35,077 nt of DNA from Patescibacteria group bacterium (GTDB lineage: Bacteria; Patescibacteriota; Patescibacteriia; UBA9934; GWF2-40-263), in the NCBI GenBank assembly GCA_004298405.1, contig SCSL01000008.1:1-35077 (forward strand). Direction: 5' to 3'. Positions within the stretch are counted from its first letter, which is position 1. Each line of letters begins with the position of its first letter. Made by a program: the position numbers and the translations under genes. Positions 18,867 through 28,115 of the stretch are shown here, in pieces. Below the pieces are notes generated by a model. That model saw only the letters and a program-made list of their open reading frames with translations, did no database searches and was not told the origin of the DNA.

Positions 18867-18895
18867 ATTATAGACCCGGAATCAAAACATTTCAA
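18867..18895 (-). promoter_or_regulatory. sigma70-type promoter of the Hyf/Ehr-like operon (TTGAAA - 17 nt - TATAAT)
   Basis: Reverse complement of 18890-18895 is TTGAAA and of 18867-18872 is TATAAT, with an exact 17-nt spacer. It lies about 20 nt upstream of ATG 18848 and immediately downstream of a terminator. Confidence 0.55.
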
Positions 18896-18926
18896 TGGTC
18901 ATAAATGTGGATAATTCTGGGCATTT

Positions 18927-18958
18927 AAAACCCACCCTTCGACATGGCTCAGGGTGGG
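18927..18958 (-). terminator. rho-independent terminator of the 18977..19612 gene
   Basis: On the minus strand, CCCACCCT-(12 nt loop)-AGGGTGGG is followed by TTTT, 19 nt after the stop codon. Confidence 0.6.
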
Positions 18959-18976
18959 CAGGTTGCGTTGTTGCGT

Positions 18977-19612
18977 TCAAACGCGACTAGGCGAGGGCGG
19001 AAAAACGGTCTCCACGCCCAGGGTCTGAAGCGGATCAATGGTGAATCGACGACCCCAGAGATCACGTCCCTTGTCCCTCCAGAACTGAATCCAGTGGTTT
19101 CGGGAAATGAAATAGGTTCGCTTGCGCCCGTCCGGGTAGTCGATGTGAACACGACACACCACCTTGTTGGTGGGGTCGATCTCCTTGATTCGAGACTTGG
19201 AGGACATTTGAAAGATGATCTGATCCAGGATCGTGAGACCGAGGTTTGCAGCCTTTCCACACGGGAGGTGTATCTCAGCGGAAATCACGTGGATCCCCTT
19301 GAGCATCACCGCTTCAGCGATCTGGATGAGGAGGAACCTATCGATTCCCATGTCAGGATAGAGTGGCGAACCATGGGCAATCGCCATACAACCCCCATGA
19401 CAGGTAAGAAGGTGGATCCTTGGCGTGACTCCAGCTTCGATGGCGACCCGACGGTCATGCTCGATGCGATCAAGCATTTGGTCGCCGTCCGGACAGCGGA
19501 TGACGATGACGCCACGCCCCAAATCGAGGCTGTGGCCATTCATGTCCTCCAGTACTCCCTCTTGGCGGAGAAAGTTCACGACTTCTCGGTCGAATTCCGA
19601 CAGGACTGTCAC
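18977..19612 (-). CDS. hypothetical cytoplasmic Cys/His-rich protein
   Basis: Open frame with motifs IRCPDGD, LLTCHGGCMAIAHG and HLPCGK. GTG 19612 is preceded by GGAGG (19617-19621). The track start (GTG 19765) lies inside atpC and runs through AT-rich, promoter-like sequence. I recognise no family. Confidence 0.5.
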   Translation of the reverse strand: MTVLSEFDREVVNFLRQEGVLEDMNGHSLDLGRGVIVIRCPDGDQMLDRIEHDRRVAIEAGVTPRIHLLTCHGGCMAIAHGSPLYPDMGIDRFLLIQIAEAVMLKGIHVISAEIHLPCGKAANLGLTILDQIIFQMSSKSRIKEIDPTNKVVCRVHIDYPDGRKRTYFISRNHWIQFWRDKGRDLWGRRFTIDPLQTLGVETVFPPSPSRV

Positions 19613-19657
19613 AAAACCTCCATCGTGGAAGATTGTTTCTGGAATCGACGAGGCAAA

Positions 19658-19686
19658 AGGATAGCACGGAAGAGAAAAACCTTCAA
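19658..19686 (-). promoter_or_regulatory. candidate promoter of the 18977..19612 gene (TTGAAG - 17 nt - TATCCT)
   Basis: Reverse complement of 19681-19686 is TTGAAG and of 19658-19663 is TATCCT, with a 17-nt spacer, in the AT-rich stretch downstream of atpC. Confidence 0.35.
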
Positions 19687-19745
19687 GATTGTTTATAAAA
19701 AAACAGAGGATAACTCGGTCTTCCTTTGGACTTTTAAACAAAAAG

Positions 19746-20183
19746 CTATGTTCGACCGACGTCACGATACTTTTTTCGTTTCATGGCCACTCGGTGGCGT
19801 GCGAGCTCTCGCTCCAGGATCGCGGCCGCGTCGGCAAAAGCGACATCGTCGACATGACGTTTCTCCTCAAGAAGTTGTCGTGCGCGCTCACGTGCCTCTT
19901 CAATTTTTTCCAGTTCGAGTTCCTCGGCACGCTCCGCTGTATCAGCGAGAACAACAAGTTTATTTCCTGGTCGTACTTCAAGAAATCCTGTGGATGCCAC
20001 CAGATACTCAACCGCTCCATCTTTACGCAACGTGAGTTCGCCTGCACGCAGGTTCGCAACAAGCGGAATGTGATCTGGAAGCACCGTCACCTCTCCCATA
20101 TCTGTCATCACAGAAACCGAATCCACCTCGTCCTCATAGACGATTCTTTCTGGTGTGACGATGCTTAAATGTAGCTTCTTCAT
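19746..20183 (-). CDS. atpC: F1 ATP synthase epsilon subunit
   Basis: N-terminal beta-sandwich pattern (LHLSIVTPERIVYEDEVDSVSV...GEVTVLPDHIPLV) plus a C-terminal helical hairpin; last gene of the atp operon. Confidence 0.85.
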   Translation of the reverse strand: MKKLHLSIVTPERIVYEDEVDSVSVMTDMGEVTVLPDHIPLVANLRAGELTLRKDGAVEYLVASTGFLEVRPGNKLVVLADTAERAEELELEKIEEARERARQLLEEKRHVDDVAFADAAAILERELARHRVAMKRKKYRDVGRT

Positions 20184-20197
20184 ACTTCAGACAAACG

Positions 20198-20277
20198 CAT
20201 AACCACCCCTAGCCCCCGTAAAGGGGCGTGGCCCCCACGGGGCTTTACGCCCTCCTTAAAAAGGAGGGGGACAGGAT
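20198..20277. repeat. hairpin repeat family 2, long copy with a ~34-nt nested hairpin insertion
   Basis: Same ends as 6665-6709 (CATAACCACCCCTAGCCCC ... CTCCTTAAAAAGGAGGGGGACAGGAT). An extra AGGGGCGT-[GCCCC-CAC-GGGGC]-TTT-ACGCCCCT module is inserted. It fills the atpD-atpC spacer. Confidence 0.8.
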
Positions 20278-22586
<2,309 letters not shown>

Positions 22587-22610
22587 ACGAGACTTCTTCT
22601 TTCGATACTC

Positions 22611-22682
22611 CTTCTTAGGGGCTTCAGCCCCGTCACGTCGTTCGCGAACGCCGTGACCCGTCCGGACGCCGCTAAAGCGGCT
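22611..22682. repeat. hairpin repeat family 1 (units A and B with an extra internal hairpin)
   Basis: CTTCTTAGGGGCTTCAGCCCC, then GTCACGTCGTTCGCGAACGCCGTGAC, then CCGTCCGGACGCCGCTAAAGCGGCT. Three consecutive stem-loops in the atpA-atpG spacer. Confidence 0.8.
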
Positions 22683-22702
22683 AAGAAAAGTAAGAAGGAT
22701 AA

Positions 22703-24208
22703 TTAGGTGGAAAAGGTGGAGTTGAAATCTTCGATCAACTTTTTCAATCCTGCTTCAATTTCGTCGGTGATGGCCTTTTCGCTCTTCAACAAACTCATCA
22801 CTTCGGCTCCTGACGAAAGCAGATATTGTTGGAACCCTTCTTCCCAATCGACAATCTTCTCAACCGGAATCTGATCAAGCAACCCATTGATCGCCGCAAA
22901 CAAAACGGCAACCTGTGCTTCAAACGGCAGTGGTCGATACTGAGGTTGTTTCAAAAGTTCCGTAAGACGTCGTCCGCGCTCGATCTGTTGTCGTGTCCCC
23001 GCGTCGAGATCTGTTGCAAACTGAGCAAACGCTTCAAGTTCGCGGAACTGTGCCAGCTCAAGCCGCAACTTCCCTGCCACTTTCTTCATGGCCTTGGTCT
23101 GTGCGGTAGATCCCACACGAGACACCGAGAGTCCCACGTTCAGGGCTGGACGAATACCGCGATAGAACAAATCTGTTTCCAGATAAATCTGTCCGTCTGT
23201 GATGGAAATGACGTTGGTTGGAATGTACGCAGACACATCGCCGGCCTGGGTCTCGATAATGGGAAGCGCGGTGAGTGATCCCCCCCCGTTCTCTTCGTTA
23301 AGCCGTGCGGCACGCTCGAGCAGACGTGAATGCAAATAGAACACGTCTCCAGGATACGCCTCGCGTCCTGGTGGCCGACGAAGAAGAAGAGAAATCTCGC
23401 GATACGCCCACGCCTGTTTTGAAAGGTCGTCGTAAATAACCAGCGCATCTTCACCCTTCGCCATGAAGTATTCCCCGATCGTGCAACCGGTAAATGGGGC
23501 AATGTAGGAAAGCGCGGCTGGATCTGATGCGCCAGCGACGACCACGGTCGTGTACTCCATCGCTCCTGTTTCTTCGAGTCGTGCGACAATTTTTGCAATC
23601 TTTGATTCTTTCTGTCCGATCGCCACGTAAATGCATTTCACGTTCTGACCTTTTTGATTGATAATCGTGTCCACGGCGATCGCAGTCTTCCCGGTTTGAC
23701 GGTCACCGATGATGAGTTCGCGTTGACCGCGACCAATGGGAATCATCGAATCAACCGCTTTGATACCGGTCTGAAGCGGGACGCCTACACCCTTGCGTGT
23801 CATGACGCCTGGAGCGATTTTCTCGATTGGATAAAAATTTTTCGCGCTGAGTTTACCTTTTCCATCCACGGGATTTCCGAGTGGATCAATTACACGACCA
23901 AGCACCTCATCTGAAATCGGCACGGACAAAATACGTCCTGTGGTCTTCACGGTATCTCCTTCTTTGATCTTAGAAGCCTCTCCTAAAATAACGGCTCCAA
24001 CTCCATCTTCCTCCAGGTTCAATGCCACCCCAAAGACTCCGCCAGGAAACTCAAGCATCTCGGAAGCTTTAGCTCCGGAAAGCCCGCTCATGCGTGCCGT
24101 TCCGTCCCACACCGACATGACCGTCCCGACTTCTTCTTGTTTGGCTTCGATGTGGAAGTTTTCAAGTGCGCCCTTAAGCGCGTCAATGATTTCCGTTTTT
24201 GTCGTCAT
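22703..24208 (-). CDS. atpA: F1 ATP synthase alpha subunit
   Basis: Walker A GDRQTGKT; 501 aa with typical alpha motifs throughout. Confidence 0.97.
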   Translation of the reverse strand: MTTKTEIIDALKGALENFHIEAKQEEVGTVMSVWDGTARMSGLSGAKASEMLEFPGGVFGVALNLEEDGVGAVILGEASKIKEGDTVKTTGRILSVPISDEVLGRVIDPLGNPVDGKGKLSAKNFYPIEKIAPGVMTRKGVGVPLQTGIKAVDSMIPIGRGQRELIIGDRQTGKTAIAVDTIINQKGQNVKCIYVAIGQKESKIAKIVARLEETGAMEYTTVVVAGASDPAALSYIAPFTGCTIGEYFMAKGEDALVIYDDLSKQAWAYREISLLLRRPPGREAYPGDVFYLHSRLLERAARLNEENGGGSLTALPIIETQAGDVSAYIPTNVISITDGQIYLETDLFYRGIRPALNVGLSVSRVGSTAQTKAMKKVAGKLRLELAQFRELEAFAQFATDLDAGTRQQIERGRRLTELLKQPQYRPLPFEAQVAVLFAAINGLLDQIPVEKIVDWEEGFQQYLLSSGAEVMSLLKSEKAITDEIEAGLKKLIEDFNSTFST

Positions 24209-24211
24209 ACA

Positions 24212-24598
24212 TTATGCGTTTCTAAGTGCCTGATTCAGATCGCTCAGATGTCCCTCAATGGAACCGTCAATAATTGTCTCGTCCATGCGGAGTTTTGCTC
24301 CGCCGATGATTTCCGGCCGTACCATCTCTTGTATTTCTGCCCCGGGGGCGAGGGCTTCAAGTTTCTTGCGCAAGGCCGCTGTGAGCGGATGAGCCGTTTC
24401 GATTTTTACCGTTGCCGCGCCATAGACCTCTTGCCAAACAGGTTCAATCGCTTCAATTACGCCCTTCACTCGATGAATCTCGTTGCGCTGTGCCAGCAGG
24501 GTAATCAGTTCTGCCGCCGCCGCTTCGACTTGGGGTCTTGTTGCCTCCTCAAGAGACGTGACAAACGCTCGAGCAAGTTGTTTCTCGTTACGTTTCAT
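24212..24598 (-). CDS. atpH: F1 ATP synthase delta (OSCP) subunit, short form
   Basis: C-terminal OSCP pattern IIGGAKLRMDETIIDGSIEGHLSDL, positioned between atpF and atpA. Only 128 aa even at the longest possible frame. Confidence 0.75.
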   Translation of the reverse strand: MKRNEKQLARAFVTSLEEATRPQVEAAAAELITLLAQRNEIHRVKGVIEAIEPVWQEVYGAATVKIETAHPLTAALRKKLEALAPGAEIQEMVRPEIIGGAKLRMDETIIDGSIEGHLSDLNQALRNA

Positions 24599-25160
24599 AT
24601 GACGTGCTCATCTTGTCCACGACGCCTTCCGCAAGCTTTGTCGCTTTTTTTTCATCAACGCCTTCCGTCAAAATTTTTCTTGCGGCTTCAACGGCAATCG
24701 CGGCGATTTCTTCACGCGCCTCGCGGATCATCTGTTCTTTTTGTGCCTCCAGTTGTCCTTTCCCTTGCGCGACAACTCCTTTCACCTCTTCTTTTGCTTT
24801 GCCGAGCAATTCCTTCTTTCGATCTTCCGCCACCACTCGAGCCTCGTCCAGAATTTTTGCGGCTTCGGATTTTGCGGTCGCGATGACCTTCTTCTGCTCT
24901 GTCTCCAGTTCACACACACGCTTCTCCACATCATCCGCATGCTTGACACTGCGTTCAATTTTCTCCTGTCGCTCCTCCAAAATTTTCACGATCGGCTTGT
25001 ACGCCCATTTCCAGAGCACAAAAAGCACGACCGCAAAGTTGAGAAGTTGCGCAAGGAAAATCTTCAGATTAATTCCAAGCGTTCCAAGACCACCGCTGAC
25101 CTCGGTGGCTTCGACAACCTGTTGAGCCACCTCTGCTGTTTGTTGAATTTCAGTAGACAT
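24588..25160 (-). CDS. atpF: Fo ATP synthase b subunit
   Basis: One N-terminal TM (LLNFAVVLFVLWKWAYKPI) followed by a long charged helix. I prefer ATG 25160; the track start (GTG 25232) abuts the atpE stop and runs through a tandem repeat. Confidence 0.75.
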   Translation of the reverse strand: MSTEIQQTAEVAQQVVEATEVSGGLGTLGINLKIFLAQLLNFAVVLFVLWKWAYKPIVKILEERQEKIERSVKHADDVEKRVCELETEQKKVIATAKSEAAKILDEARVVAEDRKKELLGKAKEEVKGVVAQGKGQLEAQKEQMIREAREEIAAIAVEAARKILTEGVDEKKATKLAEGVVDKMSTSYET

Positions 25161-25170
25161 AAAGTAAGAA

Positions 25171-25198
25171 GGGAATGTGGAATGGGGAATGTGGAATT
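25171..25198. repeat. 14-nt tandem duplication (GGGAATGTGGAATG x2) in the atpE-atpF spacer
   Basis: Direct reading: gggaatgtggaatg gggaatgtggaatt, 27 of 28 positions identical. Confidence 0.85.
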
Positions 25199-25232
25199 TG
25201 GAGTATTTAATTTCCCATTCCTGATTCTCCAC

Positions 25233-25451
25233 TTACAGAGTGAAGGAAACCACGAGAGAGTAAATCGCAATAGCCTCGGCAAACGCCATTCCAAGAAGCA
25301 TCGGAACGAAAATCTTTCCCGCTGCCTCTGGATTACGACCGATGGCTTCCATGGCCTTCATACCGACAAGTCCGATACCAATAGCAGGTCCAAGACCGCC
25401 GATCGCGATCGTGATTCCCTTTGTGAAGATGGCAATTGTTTCTGCATCCAT
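25233..25451 (-). CDS. atpE: Fo ATP synthase c subunit
   Basis: 72-aa two-helix hairpin with loop GRNPE and the ion-binding carboxylate in MAFAEAIAIYSLV. Confidence 0.9.
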   Translation of the reverse strand: MDAETIAIFTKGITIAIGGLGPAIGIGLVGMKAMEAIGRNPEAAGKIFVPMLLGMAFAEAIAIYSLVVSFTL

Positions 25452-25489
25452 AGGTAAATGATTAGTTGTTAATTGAGTTATGAATAAAG

Positions 25490-26314
25490 CTAAGCATGGG
25501 CTGGTTCATGCGCGTCTTCTTCCTGCCCATGATCTTGCGTCGCCACCGTCAGATACGCAAGGGTCAGCATCGCAAACACGGTTGCTTGAATCGCTCCGAC
25601 CAAAACTTCCAGAAACATGAACGGGATCGGTAAGAAGTAGGCAAGGATCCCAAGCATCACCGTCAAGAGAACTTCTCCCGCAAAAATGTTTCCAAACAAT
25701 CGCAGAGACAGCGAGAGAACTTTCGCCATTTCCGAGACGATCTCCAACAATCCGACAGCAAATTCGATCAAGGCAATCAATATGGCCATAGGACCTTTTT
25801 TCAGCGATCGAAAAATTCCCCGGATGTTTACGAACTTGCTGACATGGGAGACGGGACCAAGGGTAAGCAAGCCAATGATGTGTGATGAAACGACCGCAAA
25901 CAGGGCAATAGCCAGAGTAAGATTGAGATCACTCGCCGCAGGTCGCAAAAGCGGGATGAGTTCCATCTCCCCCTCGTGTAAACCCCACACCCCAATCGAT
26001 CCCGTTCCAGGTAACAGTCCAAGCCAGTTGGAAAACAAGATAAACAAAAAGATCGTTCCCACGATCGGAAGAAACTGTTTTGCACGCTTGGCGTCCCCTG
26101 TCACCTTCTGGGTTTCTGTGAGCATGAATTCGATTGTCCCTTCGATGAGGTTATGCACGCCTTTTGGGACGAGTCCCTTGCGTCGACTCGCCACAAACGC
26201 GACAACAAGGAAAAAAAATACGGCAATCCAGCCGTTGATCATCGCATTGGTAATTGGAAAACTTCCGATATGGAAAAGGGGTTCGGCCGCAGCTGGTGGG
26301 ATGAGCAGTTCCAT
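25490..26314 (-). CDS. atpB: Fo ATP synthase a subunit
   Basis: Polytopic. Contains the conserved LSLRLFGNIFAGE (stator Arg) and a C-terminal TM pair. Confidence 0.9.
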   Translation of the reverse strand: MELLIPPAAAEPLFHIGSFPITNAMINGWIAVFFFLVVAFVASRRKGLVPKGVHNLIEGTIEFMLTETQKVTGDAKRAKQFLPIVGTIFLFILFSNWLGLLPGTGSIGVWGLHEGEMELIPLLRPAASDLNLTLAIALFAVVSSHIIGLLTLGPVSHVSKFVNIRGIFRSLKKGPMAILIALIEFAVGLLEIVSEMAKVLSLSLRLFGNIFAGEVLLTVMLGILAYFLPIPFMFLEVLVGAIQATVFAMLTLAYLTVATQDHGQEEDAHEPAHA

Positions 26315-26317
26315 ACA

Positions 26318-26560
26318 TTACTTTTCTTCGTTCATCAGGCGCTCGTAGGCATCCTTATACATTTTTGCTTTTCGAACAACGCTGTACGCACTCAGAACAA
26401 ACGCGATCACGAGCAAGAGGATCAGATAGCGGGGTTGGGTTCCATAACGACCGTCGAGCCACTTGCCCAAAAGAGCGGCAAGAACGGCTGGTACCGCAAT
26501 CGTACCGCTGAAGTCAGCAAAAATGCGTCCGGCAAGCCTGTAATACTTCGCGTCACTCAT
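26318..26560 (-). CDS. AtpZ/AtpI-like small membrane protein
   Basis: Two-TM protein with LGKWLDGRYGTQP between the helices; first gene of the atp operon. I prefer ATG 26560 because the track start (TTG 26605) coincides with the predicted -35 box. Confidence 0.5.
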   Translation of the reverse strand: MSDAKYYRLAGRIFADFSGTIAVPAVLAALLGKWLDGRYGTQPRYLILLLVIAFVLSAYSVVRKAKMYKDAYERLMNEEK

Positions 26561-26576
26561 AAACAAAGGCGCCGAC

Positions 26577-26605
26577 AGTATACCGGAAATAGTGATCAGG
26601 GTCAA
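26577..26605 (-). promoter_or_regulatory. sigma70-type promoter of the atp operon (TTGACC - 17 nt - TATACT)
   Basis: Reverse complement of 26600-26605 is TTGACC and of 26577-26582 is TATACT, with a 17-nt spacer. It sits just downstream of the island terminator and about 17 nt upstream of ATG 26560. Confidence 0.55.
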
Positions 26606-26630
26606 CCACAGTTCAGAAAAATTGTCCCCA

Positions 26631-26662
26631 GAAATAAAATGACGCGAGTTGCGTCTCGCGTC
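26631..26662 (-). terminator. rho-independent terminator of the 452-aa island gene
   Basis: On the minus strand, GACGCGAG-ACGCAA-CTCGCGTC is followed by ATTTTATTTCT. Confidence 0.6.
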
Positions 26663-26722
26663 GATGGGGTAGCCGCACCTTGCCTGCCGGCACCTGTCTA
26701 CCGACAGATAGAGGCAGGGGCT

Positions 26723-28081
26723 TCAGCCTGCACCGTAGACTCCGGTTATGTAATTCGCTTGGAACCAGTCCTTCTCCTTCTCATCGACCTTGCGCCTAAG
26801 CGCGTCGATCAACGAGACGAGAAGCTGTGCGGCCGGGTACTCCATGTAGGCGGTAGGCATGGCACGAACCACCGCCCGAAGCCGAGTTTCCAGTTGAAGG
26901 AGTTGGTCCCCAGCCGAGATGTCTCCGGCTCGTAACTTCTTGAACAGCTCGAGCACTACATCTCGTTCCCTGAGATAAGGCACCGAGCCAAGGATCATCT
27001 GAGCCTGTACGCTGACGCGCGTTCCTGGATCAGGAGTTGGCTCGGGAGGAGGTGGGGGTGGTTCTGCCTCAGCACGTTCAGCCGCTTTGCGAGCAAGCCG
27101 TGCCGCTTCGTCAGCCAACCGTTTCCTCTCGTCCGCTTTCTCCTTCCGCTTGAGCTTGCGCTCTTCTGCTTCTTCACCGAGGCGACGCTTTTCGTCCGCC
27201 AGTCGGAGGTCGGCATGTCGCTTCCTCTCGTCAGCCGCCTCATCGAGCTGACGTTTTTCATCGGCTAGTCGAAGATCTGCGAGACGCTGAACTTCGGCTG
27301 CTGCGGCCTCGTCTGCGATTCGACGCTTTCGCGCCTCCTCTTCCATGCGCTGACGCCGAGCGCACTCTGCCGCGTCTTGATCGAAGCGACGCTGCCTTTC
27401 AGCGGCCTCGTCATCCAGACGCTTTTTCCTCTGAGCAGGGGTTTCATTGACTTTGGTTGCAGTCTCCTCACGGAGAAGTTCTGCCTTGGTTCGAGTTCCA
27501 TCCTCGATCTCTGAGAAGCTACGGACAGGCCTTACGACCTGAGTCGATACCTGTGTCACCGGGGCGACAGCTTGACCCTGGTCTTGATCTCCTGCTTGTG
27601 GTTCTGCCGGCTTCCTGGAATCCCGACCTCGCTCATCGTGCCCAGGACGGATGTTACTGCTGGAACCTCTCTCGATCACGCCGCCCAGAGATGGTTGGCC
27701 AGCAGGCTCATTGCCCGATGCGCGCAGGGCGCTGGCCTTCAAAGGAGAAGATGGTGGCGCTTGAGCGGGGGCTGAGGGGGCAGGTGTTCCATCTGAGGAC
27801 GGAACCGCTGAAGGCGGTTGACCGGTCGCATTGTCATTCATGGGATCGATGCTTTTTGCGTGCCGAGTCCATCGTGGAACGCGTGGATCCCCCTGGTTCC
27901 CTGCCACGAACGTGTCGGGATCAATCAGGTACTCATTCACACGCGCCTGCACACCAGGCTCGAGCGTGATGCTGGGATCAACTTCGTCGATCCCCTCGAT
28001 CGCCTTTTCGGCTTCGTCGAGATCAACTCCCGTGGGAACCTGTTGCGAAAACAGAGCTTCCCAGGCTGATTTTTGATCCAT
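26723..28081 (-). CDS. hypothetical protein: small N- and C-terminal globular regions flanking a Pro/Ser/Ala-rich linker and an Arg/Glu/Ala/Lys-rich coiled coil
   Basis: 452-aa ORF in a GC-rich block, with GGAGG 5 nt upstream of the ATG. It has an internal repeat (ADLRLADEKR twice) and a PPPPPPEPTPDP tract. No TM or signal peptide, and no family I recognise. The opposite-strand ORFs here are GC-driven shadows. Confidence 0.6.
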   Translation of the reverse strand: MDQKSAWEALFSQQVPTGVDLDEAEKAIEGIDEVDPSITLEPGVQARVNEYLIDPDTFVAGNQGDPRVPRWTRHAKSIDPMNDNATGQPPSAVPSSDGTPAPSAPAQAPPSSPLKASALRASGNEPAGQPSLGGVIERGSSSNIRPGHDERGRDSRKPAEPQAGDQDQGQAVAPVTQVSTQVVRPVRSFSEIEDGTRTKAELLREETATKVNETPAQRKKRLDDEAAERQRRFDQDAAECARRQRMEEEARKRRIADEAAAAEVQRLADLRLADEKRQLDEAADERKRHADLRLADEKRRLGEEAEERKLKRKEKADERKRLADEAARLARKAAERAEAEPPPPPPEPTPDPGTRVSVQAQMILGSVPYLRERDVVLELFKKLRAGDISAGDQLLQLETRLRAVVRAMPTAYMEYPAAQLLVSLIDALRRKVDEKEKDWFQANYITGVYGAG

Positions 28082-28115
28082 GGTTTCCTCCTAGGTTGCT
28101 ATCTCGCAACAGAAA

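Noticed and set aside
19300-19500. Beta-carbonic-anhydrase-like zinc site (C-x-D ... H-x-x-C) in the 18977..19612 product
   Set aside because: RCPDGD and CHGGC superficially match CxDxR and HxxC. However, the Arg is missing, the two motifs are only about 32 residues apart (versus roughly 55 in beta-CAs), and no other CA motif is present.
18944-20035. 363-aa plus-strand ORF, the longest plus-strand ORF in this region
   Set aside because: It runs antisense to the confidently identified atpC and to the minus-strand Cys/His ORF, and it starts inside a terminator loop. Its product is Arg/Pro/His-rich junk. It is a shadow ORF.
25233-25451. Na+-coupled c ring
   Set aside because: The loop has Asn instead of the Gln ligand (GRNPE), and the carboxylate is followed by Ala (AEAIAIY) rather than Ser/Thr. 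The Na+ signature is therefore not supported.
24137-26935. Chain of long plus-strand ORFs (24137..24886, 24741..25457, 25686..26348, 26153..26935)
   Set aside because: All are antisense to the ATP synthase genes atpH/F/E/B and the atpZ-like gene, whose products carry unmistakable family motifs. The plus-strand translations are low-complexity Ser/Arg/Phe-rich sequences.
27457-28076. Plus-strand ORFs inside the island (27457..27969, 27572..27775, 27818..28069, 27831..28076) and minus-strand ORFs inside the 536-aa gene (28893..29297, 29306..29731)
   Set aside because: High G+C suppresses stop codons in all frames. These ORFs lack SDs and overlap the longer ORFs, which do have SD, promoter and terminator signals. 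They remain formally untested because the long ORFs are themselves orphans.
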